From: Isurus oxyrinchus
Lineage: Eukaryota
Length of the DNA: 64,000 nt
Direction: 5' to 3'
Assembly: GCA_026770705.1 (NCBI GenBank)
Contig: JANJGN010000026.1
Location: 35,154,001 to 35,218,000 of the forward strand
Shown here: positions 14,321 through 24,720 of the stretch, piece after piece
How the letters are laid out: each line of letters begins with the position of its first letter
Position numbering within the stretch: position 1 is the first letter of the stretch
Notes under the pieces: model-generated
Seen by the model: the letters and a program-made list of their open reading frames with translations, nothing else
What the model was told of the DNA's origin: nothing
Database searches by the model: none
Program-made: the position numbers and the translations under genes

Positions 14321-14640
14321 GGTTTCTGTACGAGCTCAACATTTGATCGTTAGGCTGTCACCTTATGGAGCACAGATCGGTGGCAGCGTCTATAACCTGA
14401 GCGTCCCTCAGTCATGGGAAAGCGTTTGTTGCCCCCCTCGATTGAAGCAGTGATCATCTCGTGTTGATCAGTCCTTCTTGAGGCCATCACCAGATGCTGA
14501 TGGGGTGGCGGTGGTTGGGCTGGGGGGGAGGTGGAAGGCGGTGGGCGATGGACAGATTCCGGAGCTGTCTGCACCAACGCGCGATGTCAGATGCAATTAT
14601 GATGATATGATATGATTCCCATTTCACTAACAACCATCCG
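14321..14640 (-). pseudogene. Degenerate TCR V pseudogene (paralog of 44220-44513)
   Basis: Reverse complement ...WCRQ...QHLVMASRRTDQHEMITASIEGGNK...AQVIDAATDLC; nonamer ACAGAAACC at 14329-14321; frameshifts. Confidence 0.7.
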
Positions 14641-14891
14641 CTGATGGAGCTGCATCACCTCATCTTCACTGATCACCTCCGTGCTGATCAGAGTTGAAAA
14701 CAGCAGAAATACTCAGCAAATCCGAAGCTTCATCACAACACATGCAATACAGGCTGAAGCAATTCTCCAGGGGGTCAGGTTAAAATCAGGAGATGGACAT
14801 TTTATTTTGAAGACTTAACAAGGAGCCACTCAGAGGCGCCTTCCTATCGACCTAACGAAAGAAAATGAGTCATGGAGCTTACCCACTAGAA

Positions 14892-15531
14892 GTTTCGCAC
14901 TGACACAGCTCACGCTGCCACTGAGCTCACACCAGGCTGCCCATACTCAGTGTTTCACACTGACACAGCTCACGCTGCCTCTTAGCTCACACCAGGCTGC
15001 CCATACTCAGTGTTTCACACTGACACAGCTCACGCTGCCTCTCAGCTCACACCAGGCTGCCCATACTCAGTGTTTCGCACTGACACAGCTCACGCTGCCT
15101 CTTAGCTCACGCCAGGCTGCCCATACTCAATGTTTCACACTGACACAGCTCACGCTGTCTCTGGGCTCACACCAGGCTGCCCATACTCAGTGTTTCACAC
15201 TGACACAGCTCACGCTGCCTCTGGGCTCACACCAAGCCGCCCAGACTCAGTGTTTCACACTGACACAGCTCACACTGCCTCTTAGCTCACGCCAGGCTGC
15301 CCATACTCAGTGTTTCACACTGACACAGCTCACGCTGCCTCTGGGCTCACACCAGGCTGCCCATAATCAGTGTTTCACACTGACACAGCTCACGCTGCCT
15401 CTGAGCTCACACCAGGCTGCCCATACTCTGTTTCACACTGACACAATTCATGCTGCCTCTGAGCTCACACCAAGCCGCCCAGACTCAGTGTTTCACACTG
15501 ACATCAGCTCACACTGTCTCTGAGTTCACAC
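14892..15531. repeat. 60-bp tandem minisatellite, ~10.5 copies
   Basis: Unit tttcacactgacacagctcacgctgcctctgagctcacaccaggctgcccatactcagtg repeats in register over successive 60-nt lines. Confidence 0.97.
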
Positions 15532-16026
15532 TAGATGGCCCACTTTCAATATTTCTCATTGAATCACGCTGATGTATGGTGGTGCATACTGATAATTGCA
15601 TGGTTCAATCATTCACGGGAATTCCTGCCAAGCTGCAGCCCTCAAGTTAGTTACAAATTAGAACAGATATTGCCTCCTTACAAGTATAGATCTCCTAAAT
15701 CTCATCTTCAACTAAGCATCCAAGGATTCTCGAGTATTTTCCTCCCGCATTCTGGCTGAGCCTTTATTCCACACTGTGTTCAATCTCATTGTGACAACAG
15801 GAATGTCCAAACATCTCATTTTATAGTTTGAGCCCGTGTGCTTCTCCACATGGATTGCAATGTGACCTTATCTTTCCATATTTACAACACACCAAGAATA
15901 AAAGAAACAATGGCAGAAAGTATTTTTATATTTTTGCATTTTTTAAGTCAATTTTCTTCAGTAAAGTTTATGAAAACTGTTGTGAGTCTGGAACTCGCCC
16001 CGACTCAGAACCCAACACAGTCTCCC

Positions 16027-16041
16027 ACTGCCCTCTGGTGG
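16027..16041 (-). promoter_or_regulatory. CTCF-like site
   Basis: Reverse complement CCACCAGAGGGCAGT. Confidence 0.7.
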
Positions 16042-16250
16042 TGGTGACATGGAACTACAAGGTAAGTCTTCACAGAATTTGTTTGCCCTCCGGGCTCATG
16101 ATTACGTTCAACAATTTCCGATTCTAAATTCTTCCCCAGTTGTTTTTTTAAAGAAGTTTTTGGACAGTGGTGGTGCATCTGATTTTCACAATAAACCTCC
16201 TCCAGACCAAGACACTGCCTTTTATCTTTCCTATTGGAACATATTTTTGA

Positions 16251-16540
16251 GATCTGAGCCATGAAGATTCTGTTATTCAGCCACTATCCGCAAGAGTTAA
16301 GACAAAAGTAGAAGAAGTGAGCTTAAAATGTACCAATGATGCAACATGGGAAGGCAAATGGTACCAGCAATAAGCTGAAACACAGCCAATGCGTAGTTTT
16401 ATATGCTACCCGAACGATTCTGTAAAATAAAGCGGATTTTGCTAAAATGCACATATCAGAAGCGTGACAAAATTCATCACATTAATCATCACTGGACTGT
16501 ATCTAACTGACGCAACAGTTTACTCCTGCTCCCTGAGACT
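16251..16540 (+). pseudogene. TCR alpha/delta V pseudogene (family of the 5996 V)
   Basis: DLSHEDSVIQPLSARVKTKVEEVSLKC...WYQQ*AETQP...KFITLIITGLYLTDATVYSCSLRL; stop, frameshifts, degenerate RSS. Confidence 0.85.
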
Positions 16541-16784
16541 CACTGGGTTGGAAACAAGTTAAACACTCATACCGGTACACCGGTGTGTAGATTTGAAAAT
16601 CCACTTCAAAAACTCAATTACGAGGCGACCGGATGTGAAGACCATCACAACATAACTATTTAGAAAATCTAGCATGTTCCTATGTTCAATATTGATATCA
16701 GCTATGTTGGCTTTTCAGCAGAGCACATGACTCTGAGTCACCCAATTTCACTGAACCTCGTTTGAAAATATTTACACGCGCTCG

Positions 16785-16798
16785 CCACCAGAGGGCAG
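16785..16798 (+). promoter_or_regulatory. CTCF-like site
   Basis: CCACCAGAGGGCAG. Confidence 0.7.
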
Positions 16799-17032
16799 TA
16801 GGGGCTGGGTTATATAAAAAGTGAAGTCAGACAGCATCTGCGGAGAGATAAAAAAATGCGCTTCTAATAGAACTTTATCAGTACTCGAACTGAGATAATT
16901 GACAGAGACCCAAGTGCAGTAGCAACACTCGTTGGTTTGACTGTCCGAACGGGCTACAGATTGAGGACGGCTTTTTCCATGCTTTCGTGATATTGAACGT
17001 TGCTGGCCGAACCAGTATTACCTGCCCATCCC

Positions 17033-17111
17033 TATTCACAGTTTAAAGTAACTGTGTCACCGGCAGCAGGGGTTTGTACAGGGGGATTCCAGGACACCAG
17101 GGAATTGGAAT
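17033..17111 (-). pseudogene. Truncated 5' end of a second supporting TCR-delta V
   Basis: Acceptor ttatcctcCAG then DSNSLVSWNPPVQTPAAGDTVTLNCE*, aligning with the start of the 23501 V; breaks off after Cys23. Confidence 0.88.
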
Positions 17112-18286
17112 CTGGAGGATAAAAAAAATAATAATCTTTTCGTTTAGCCAGTGTTTGTCCGGGGGAATTTGCCAATCGCGTGAATAGCTCTCTTTGTGCA
17201 GTAATTTTCTTTGTTTGAAGCCGGTGCGAAACGTATTCACGGTTATTAAATTAGGATCAAGTCAGGAATGAGGTGATTTTTTTTTTCCACAGCGAATTCT
17301 TCCAATCAGGGCTTCACTGCCTGATTGGAATAGATTCTATTGAACATTTCAAACTGATAATGGATCTGTGCTGGATATGGAGAAAATTCTTGGGTAGTGG
17401 GATTAATTGAATTATACTTTTAAAGATGCAGCACCTACACGATGGGTCGAATATCAAACTTGCATGCTGGATAATTCTATGAATTATACTACATTCCCGT
17501 TTCTATTTTCCCTGTTGAGAGACAAACCAGATGCAACATCTTATGATCAGTGAGGCTATCAGTTTTTTAAAAAAACATGTTTGTCGCAGAGGAACACATC
17601 TGCGCATTGCAAGATCCAACAAAAATGGGCATCATTAGCACCGATTTTGCCAAACCGAGAGTTAACATCAGTGGTCAAATGTCAATCATTTACTGCGGTT
17701 TTAAACTGTCCGGGAGCTTCTATCTGTCCTTTTCTCTATTTCTCTATGTTCTACCAATAGGCTCCAATTTTCTGCAGTTCAGTTCATTTGGAATATTCAC
17801 AATGAATTTCATTTTATTTATATTATTTCATGTTTCCTTTATTTCACATTTACGTTCTGCTGTTTGCGGTTCTTCCAATCGTGGTAACTTGCCCCAAACT
17901 CTCTCAGCTGTCGGTTGGTTTCAGTCTGTTCAGTTTCCGCAGTGGTTTTACTGTTACTCACTGGGAACTGCCTCTTTCGGCTCTCTGACAATTTCGATTC
18001 TTTCCGCACATTGAGCGATTATCTCCCGGGTTCTCTGGGCGGAGTTTTCTCTCAATTTTACATTACAGAGGAATAATAATGAAAAAGAAGAATGGGCCAT
18101 TCGGCCTGTGGATATAATCCATTACAATTTAACCCCGCCCGAAATCTAACTGATTATTTCCATCCAGCTCCCTGTGTTGGTCTGTTCCATTCTCCGTCCT
18201 GTATTTTCAAGTGTTCCAATAAATACATCAATTCTATCTCCAACTATTCCTGCCACAGCAGGTTCCTCATTCTGACTTGTCTTTGT
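17033..18286 (-). repeat. Left arm of ~1.3-kb inverted repeat (partner 22270-23579)
   Basis: Continuous reverse-complement alignment, e.g. 17160-17192 vs 23420-23455 and 18090-18286 vs 22270-22470. Confidence 0.9.
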
Positions 18287-19283
18287 GTATTCCCAAACTG
18301 GAAATCAAACATTACTGAAATAAAACACCTGTTTACGTATAACGCACCGCAGGGCTGGTGCAGGAAGCATTTGGTTAAATGACAGGGAGAGTTTGCATTC
18401 ATTCACGTGTGCTCTGCGCCTGGGCAGGTCCTTGGACGATTTTCTGCAATTGCTTCGCATTGAGCTGTTTTCTTGGCAGCTTTGTTTGTCGTGGTTTTTA
18501 ATTGCCTTCCACTCGCAGGAGCAGGAAGGACCCAAGTCAACCTCAGCCAGAACGCGGACAGAAACCATGTTATTGGCATTATTCCAAACCAGACACTAGC
18601 CACCTAGCCAGCGGAGCTAACCAGCTGCTACTTAGCCTTGGTGTATGTTGTCTACGTCTGCCAGGATATTAGTAATGTAACTGCAGCTCATCATATTGTA
18701 ACCTGAAGTCCAGTCGCTGGGCCATGGAAGATGCCAGACCTGAGGCGCCGGCCTTCAGGTCAGACATCTAACTGATGCCCCACCAGCCCATTCAAGGCGA
18801 TGCTAAACAATGTCCAGAATATTAGAATAAGAGCAGTACGCGGGGATTCACCTGGTGCCCTGTGCCCACATTTTACCTTTAACAAACACCACCCAAAACA
18901 AACACATACACCGACCTTCCAGTTCATTCCAGTGGGGAAATGAAGGCGGCAGCACAACTAGCAGAAAGAAAAGCTCCCCTTCCCCACCCCTGTACACCAG
19001 AGTATTGTGGGAGGGGCTTTCACATCCGGATCACAATCCAAATGTGGAGTCGGCAAATTGCAGCCTCCTTTTATAAACCTGTCTCTTATTCACACAACAC
19101 TTAGCCAGCGACCTGGGAACCGTCCGGCCCATCAATGATCTCAGTGGAACTGCCCCGTGCAAATCAATTTCGATCCCCCTAAAGTATTTCAGGCTAGCTC
19201 TGAGGCCCGGTCTCCCAGTGCAGTCCAGGACTGCAGTCTCCAGCTCCCCGTCATATAAACCCTCAGCTCCAGGCAGAAGAACG

Positions 19284-19762
19284 ATGGGAATCCTCCTTGT
19301 TTTCACGCTGTGTATCTGTTTACCCCGTGAGTAGCGATCAAACAAACCGACATTGTGTGGATTTAACATAAAGCTGCTCGAGTCCATCCCAACTACAGAC
19401 ACTGTCTGGGGTTTAACCCCGCACTGTGGTTCTCTGATGGTCCATTAAACTCTCTCTGTTTAATTTCCAGGCTTTTTCAGTCAGTCAGTGACACAGACCC
19501 CGGCAGCGGTGACCAGGAAGGAGTGTCGTCAGCCTCTCACCATCACCTGTGTTTTCTCCGGTGCTTTGCGGGATTATTTCCAAACGGGATATTTCTTCAG
19601 ACAAACCCAGACCGGGACAGAGTGGGAGCGGATCTCCAGCGGGGGGAGATTTGTTGTGTCGGTGAATAAAGCACAAAAGACATTTTCGCTGGAAATTCAG
19701 GAATTGAGAGTTGAAGACACCGCCACCTATTACTGTAAAGCTTAGTACCGGTATTACAGATA
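19284..19762 (+). pseudogene. NAR-TCR V (IgNAR-like V); leader 19284-19326, V exon 19471-19762; in-frame TAG at 19743-19745
   Basis: MGILLVFTLCICLP|RFFSQSVTQTPAAVTRKECRQPLTITCVF...FFRQTQTGTEWERISSGGRFVVSVNKAQKTFSLEIQELRVEDTATYYCKA*YRYYR. NAR hallmarks: deleted CDR2 region, GGRF..SVNK..K.FSL, YCKA. Extra FR1 Cys. TATA-like ATATAAA near 19253. Confidence 0.9.
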
Positions 19763-19800
19763 CACAATGATGGGTCTCAGCTTCCCGCGATACAAAAACT
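19763..19800 (+). promoter_or_regulatory. 22/23-class RSS of the NAR-TCR V
   Basis: CACAATG + 22 nt + ACAAAAACT. Confidence 0.9.
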
Positions 19801-20097
19801 CTCACTGTAGATTATCACAGAAACAAATGAAAGAGCGGAGTTAAGCTGCAGTTAAACCCCCACAGTTCCGCGTCACACTGTCTATTTTATAATGAGACTG
19901 GATTATTGCTGTTAACATCTTGAGTGTGTGTGGATGGTGATGTCTTTCCCGGGATTGGTGTCAGTGAATGGGGATTGGGAATGATTGATCCCAGTTAGAA
20001 ACCCCTAACGCCAGATGTGATCCTGGTCTAACAGCTGGAACCGGGAACCGCTGCCCCCGCTGTTTATGATGTCCCCAAATCTTCGCAAGTACCCGAG

Positions 20098-20172
20098 GGA
20101 TTTTATAATGACTTGTAACTCTATGTGGATGGGGTACCTGGAATCACAGTGGGAGAGACCTTAACAAATACC
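20098..20172 (+). other. NAR-TCR D segment (coding ~20126-20144) flanked by 12-RSSs
   Basis: 5' side GGATTTTAT-12-CTCTATG (degenerate heptamer); D TGGATGGGGTACCTGGAAT, open in all three frames; 3' side CACAGTG-12-ACAAATACC. Confidence 0.85.
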
Positions 20173-20478
20173 TCTGCCCAATCACAATATAAATTCTCCG
20201 CGCCCGGATAGTGAATTGTCGGGTTGATGTTATTATCTCTGGAATCTGATTACAATTCATTGTAATTTCCATTATTCAGTTATCGTTCTTTGTTGTTCTG
20301 CTCGGTTTTTGTGAAGCTATTATCTCGTTCCCGGACCATTTACTCTGAGCTCAGTGCCTTAAAAAGAAGAGTTTGAACCGACAGAGACTTTGAAAATTGT
20401 TTATTTATTTAAATCAGTTGAATAATTGGGCAGTTTCTACTGTCTGATGATGATTTCCCGGCAGGTTAAGGTGTCGGT

Positions 20479-20564
20479 GGTTGTTGTACCGGGGACACTG
20501 AGAGCGGAGTCACTGTGGAAATATTATGTGGAAGGATCCGGGACAGTGTTGACTGATACAGCCG
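20479..20564 (+). other. NAR-TCR J segment (coding 20518-20564) with 5' 23-RSS
   Basis: GGTTGTTGT-23-CACTGTG; translation KYYVEGSGTVLTDTA (NAR-type GxGT motif without F/W); phase-1 donor G|GTAAGT. Confidence 0.92.
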
Positions 20565-21479
20565 GTAAGTGACTCCATACTCCGCCGGGTTACAGCCTGT
20601 CTCGGGTAATGTTCACCGTCAGTTTATTATTGATATCAGTGGTGTTTGGGGGAGATGTTAGAGTTGACGGAATCTGGACCATTATTAGTTCAACGGGCAC
20701 ATCGGGGATACCATCAACACCACGGACTCTCACACTCTGAATCGCTTTTAATGAGCGCAGATTGTCAACACTCAGGACTCCACACCCCGTATTAACTGTG
20801 ACCGAGGCAGATCTATCTGTCCCTTAGAGCCCGGGAGCGAGGTCCCAGAGCTCTCTCCTGGGCAGCAGATTGCAGTCTGAGCCGCAAATGTGAATGAGGT
20901 ACCGGGTGAACAAATTCAATACAACTGCGGCCAGTTCGGATACCTGCAGCGGCTCGTTCCAGACCTGACCCGGAAGAAAAACGGGAGAGTGACACAAGGG
21001 GCCTCAGATATATGAGATGCTGATGTGGGTCCAGGTTGAATTCTATATTTGGACAATGAGTAACGAAAATTAATGACATTATCTGTGCCATTTCTTTCAA
21101 TTGCCTTTATAGAACCAATCACTTTCCTCCTTTTCCGTCCTTAAATTGAAATGTGAAAGTTTGGAAATGCAGACACTTCTCTATATTGAATGTAGATGTT
21201 TGAGATATGGGATTGCTGTAATTTATCTGTATCTCTGATTCCTGTGAATTGAAACAGCACAGTGCAGTGAGAAAGTGAGGATGATATATTAATCTTATAA
21301 AGGAGAAAAGGGACATAAGGAAACATTTATAAACAAGGAGAATGCTCATTTAGAACCAGCAAGAAAAAAATAATCGAAAGGGAGAGAACGATTGGATGAT
21401 TTCTGGGCGATTTTCAAAGTAAATTCCGACTCGGTGGTAGGTGAGGTTTATGGAGGGAAGGGCTGAAATAGACTCCAGT

Positions 21480-22020
21480 CCGGAATGCTGTGTAAAGTTT
21501 TGGTCCCCTTACAGAAGGGAGATCAATCGTCATTGGAATGAGTGCAACAAAGGTTCATCAGACTGATTCGTGAGATGAAGGGATTGCCCAATGGGATGAG
21601 ATTTAGTCGTCTCGGCCTATATTTCCTAGAGTTTAGAAGAATGAGAGGTGATCTCATGAAAACATATAATATTCTGAAGGGACTTGATAGGGCAGATTCT
21701 GGGTCAGTGTCTCCCCAGACTGAGGAGTATATAACTCGGGGTCACAGCTTCAGAATAAAGAGTCATCGATTAGAACTGAGAAGGAAAATAAATCTTCAAT
21801 AGAACCACTGTTGTTAATCTGTGGCATTCTGTAACTCAGAGAGCGGTAGGTGTTCATAATCTGTATGCATTCTAGACAACATTCGATAGGTTTTCGGACA
21901 CTAAAGGGATCAGGGATATGGGGTGAGTGCGGGAATGTGACGTTGCGGTTGTAAATCAGCCAGGATATTACTGAATGGCTGAGCAGGTTTGAAAGGTGAT
22001 ATGGTGGCTCCTGCTTCTAT
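21480..22020 (+). mobile_element. CR1 LINE 3' fragment
   Basis: QQRFIRLIREMKGL..RFSRLGLYFLEFRRMRGDLMKTYNILKGLDR...TRGHSFRI, followed by a CR1 3' UTR. Confidence 0.85.
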
Positions 22021-22269
22021 TGATTGGATTCTCTGCTTTGGTTTCTTACACTCCTGAGGGAAGAAACAATCAGCAACAATCCACATCCCTCTGGGAAGAT
22101 TGAACATTCTGGTTCTCTTTTTTCTGGAATACAGAACCACAAGGAGAATCCATATAAATCTTTCAATATTGAACGGGTTTAATCTGGACAAGTTGAGTCT
22201 AAAGCAATAGCTGTCAACACATGACAGTAGCTAACAGAACAGATCAAACATTTAAGACAAATGAATTTA

Positions 22270-23579
22270 AACAAAGGCAGGTCAGAATGTGGAACTTGCT
22301 GCCTCAGGGAGAGGTTGGAGATAGTATTGATATATTTATTGGACCACTTGAAAATAGAGGAGGGAGAATGGAACAGACCAACACAGGGAGCTGGATGTAA
22401 ATGGTCAATTAGATTTCTGGTGGGGTCAAGCGGGAATTGATTATATGCACAGGCTGAATGGTCCATGCCTTTTCCGCATTCTTCTTCCTCGATAATGTAA
22501 AATTGAGAGAAAACTCCGGCCAGAGAACCTGGGACAGAATCAGTTAACTTGCGGAAAGAATTGAAATTGTCAGAGAGCCGGAAGAGGCAGTTCCCAGTGA
22601 GTAACAGTAAAACCACTGCGGAAACTGAACAGACTAAACCCAGCCGACAAGTGAGAGAGTTTGGGACAAGTTCCCACGGTTGCAAAAAAGGCAACAGCAT
22701 ATAATAAATGTGAAATAAAGGGAATGTGAAATTAAAGAAATAAAATGAAATTAATTGCACCTTTTTTATATTCAGCTGAACTGGAGAAAATAGGACCCTA
22801 TTGACAGAGCATAATGAAATAGAGCAAAAGGCAGATAGAAATTCCTGAGCAGTTATAAACCGCAGTAGGTGATTGACCTTTCACCACGAGAGATGCTCAC
22901 TCTTGGTTTGGCCCAATCGGTGCGGATGAACCCCATCAGTTTATGTTGGATTTTGCTATGCGCAGTGATGCCACACAGCTGTGTCCCTCTCTGACAAACA
23001 TGGTTTTTTTGGAAACTGGTTGCCTCGCTGAACATAAAATACTCCCTCGTGTTTGTTTCTCACCAAGGAAAATAGAAACAGGAATGTAATATAATTCATA
23101 GAATTATCCAGCACGGAAGGATGATATTCGGCCAATTGTGTTGGCGCTGACCCTTTAAAAGTGCAATACAAATGTTCCCACGGCCCATGAATTTACTCTA
23201 GAGCTCTATATTTTTATTTACATTTCCAATACAGACCCATTATCCGTTTGAAAGTCACTATTGAATCTATCCCCTACACCAATTCAGGCAGTGCAGTCCT
23301 GATCGGAAGAACTCGCGACGTAAAATAAAACATCACCTCATCCCCCATTTAGTCATATTTTCATAACAGTGAACATGGTTCAGATAGGCTTCCAGCAAGT
23401 TAAATTACTGCAAAACGCAGAGCTATTCGCGCGATTGACAGATTCTCCTGGACAAACAGTGGCTGAACAAAAAGATAGTGCTCATTTTCTTATCCTACAG
23501 ATTCCAGTTCCATAATTTCCTGGATTTTGCCTCTACAAACGTCTGCTGTCAGTGACACCGTTACTTTAAACTGTGAATA
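22270..23579 (+). repeat. Right arm of ~1.3-kb inverted repeat (partner 17033-18286)
   Basis: See left arm. Confidence 0.9.
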
Positions 23580-23800
23580 TTCAGGGTTCTGCACAGTACA
23601 CTGGTACCGTCAGTCCCCAGGACAGGCTCCTGAATATTTTCTTCAGAGACGCACTTCAGGAGAGGAGAATAAAGAAAACGCTGCCGGGGGGAGAATTTTT
23701 GCTTCTATCGATTCTAACGAGAAAATCAGCTGGTTAACGATCTCCAAACTACAACTAAGCGACTCCGCTGTTTATTACTGTGAACTGAGTCGGTGCACAG
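23501..23800 (+). CDS. Leaderless supporting TCR-delta V (second domain of NAR-TCR)
   Basis: Acceptor tatcctaCAG at 23500, in frame with the NAR J donor: DSSSIISWILPLQTSAVSDTVTLNCEYSGFCTVHWYRQSPGQAPEYFL...LTISKLQLSDSAVYYCELSRCT. Non-canonical CDR1 Cys. No leader exon seen upstream. Perfect 23-RSS at 23801-23839. Confidence 0.93.
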
Positions 23801-24016
23801 CACAGTGATATAGAACATGGAGGGAGCTGTACAAAAACCTCAACATAGTGGGGATTAGAGATACTCAGTGATGCAGAGCACGGAGAGAGCTGTACAAAAA
23901 CCATGAACATGTTGGAATTACAGACACACAGTGACACAGAGCACTGAAAGAGCTATACAAAAACCTGAACATGGTGGGATTACAGACATAGTGATACAAG
24001 GCACAGAAAGAGTTCA
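23801..24016 (+). repeat. Tandem array of 23-RSSs, 63-bp period
   Basis: CACAGTG(23801)-23-ACAAAAACC; CTCAGTG(23864)-23-ACAAAAACC; CACAGTG(23927)-23-ACAAAAACC; CATAGTG(23987) with similar spacer but no nonamer. Confidence 0.95.
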
Positions 24017-24054
24017 AATAATTGTCCATTTTCGGGTTGAAGTTGAAAAGAGCA

Positions 24055-24112
24055 TACACACACACGTATACACACACACACAGACACACACACGCAAATG
24101 CACACACACACA
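24055..24112. repeat. (CA)n microsatellite
   Basis: Imperfect CA run. Confidence 0.85.
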
Positions 24113-24329
24113 GAAGGGGGTAGGTGGAGGCAATTACTCTACGAATGTATTTTCAATTCACCTTACAATTTTGTGTCACAGAATAAAATCGTTAAACACA
24201 TCAAGTTCGCACGTTCTTTCTGGCTCTGCAGAGCCTTTAATATTTTTATACTTCGAGCCGCCTACAGTAATCCCGCCAAAATAATTCATTCAATTATCCA
24301 TTCTTCAACAAGCCATATGCACTTTTTGG

Positions 24330-24720
24330 GCATAAATGGTTGAAGCCTGACAGCCTGAGAATGTGGTGCTAAAACATCCGAGATTATCAACATCATAACA
24401 GAGGCATAGAGTCTAAAAGCAAGGGAATACTACTGTTCCCTTGGAAAGCACTGGTTCCCCCTTAACTGGAACATTGTGTCCACTTCCAAGCATCGCACTT
24501 TAGGAGGGATGTGAATGGTTTAGAAAGGGCGCAGATAAGTTTACCAGAATCATCCCAGGGATGCAGAACTTCAGTTAATTGGATAGATTGGGGAAATTGG
24601 GCTTGATCTCCATGGAGAATGGAAAGTTCAGGATAGATCTGATAGAGGTGCTTAAAATCATGTGGGCCTGGGTAGAGTAGATCAAAATAAACAGTTTCTA
24701 TGGGTGGAAGGGTAGAGAAG
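24330..24720 (+). mobile_element. Degenerate CR1 fragment
   Basis: gcactggtt...aactggaacattgtgtccac...cactttaggagggatgtgaa...tttaccagaat matches CR1 ORF2 C-terminal sequence elsewhere in the window. Confidence 0.7.

Noticed and set aside
14892-15531. CRISPR-like appearance of the 60-bp array (and of the 63-bp RSS array)
   Set aside because: Vertebrate DNA, whole units repeat without unique spacers, and no cas genes
19157-19164. GTGCAAAT, near-octamer upstream of the NAR V leader
   Set aside because: Single 7/8 match, expected by chance; no supporting conservation visible
20304-20312. Perfect GGTTTTTGT nonamer between D and J, suggesting a second D
   Set aside because: No heptamer at 12 or 23 nt and no 3' RSS
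22179-22760. 193-aa hydrophobic ORF
   Set aside because: Antisense intron sequence; the frame is not kept in the inverted paralog
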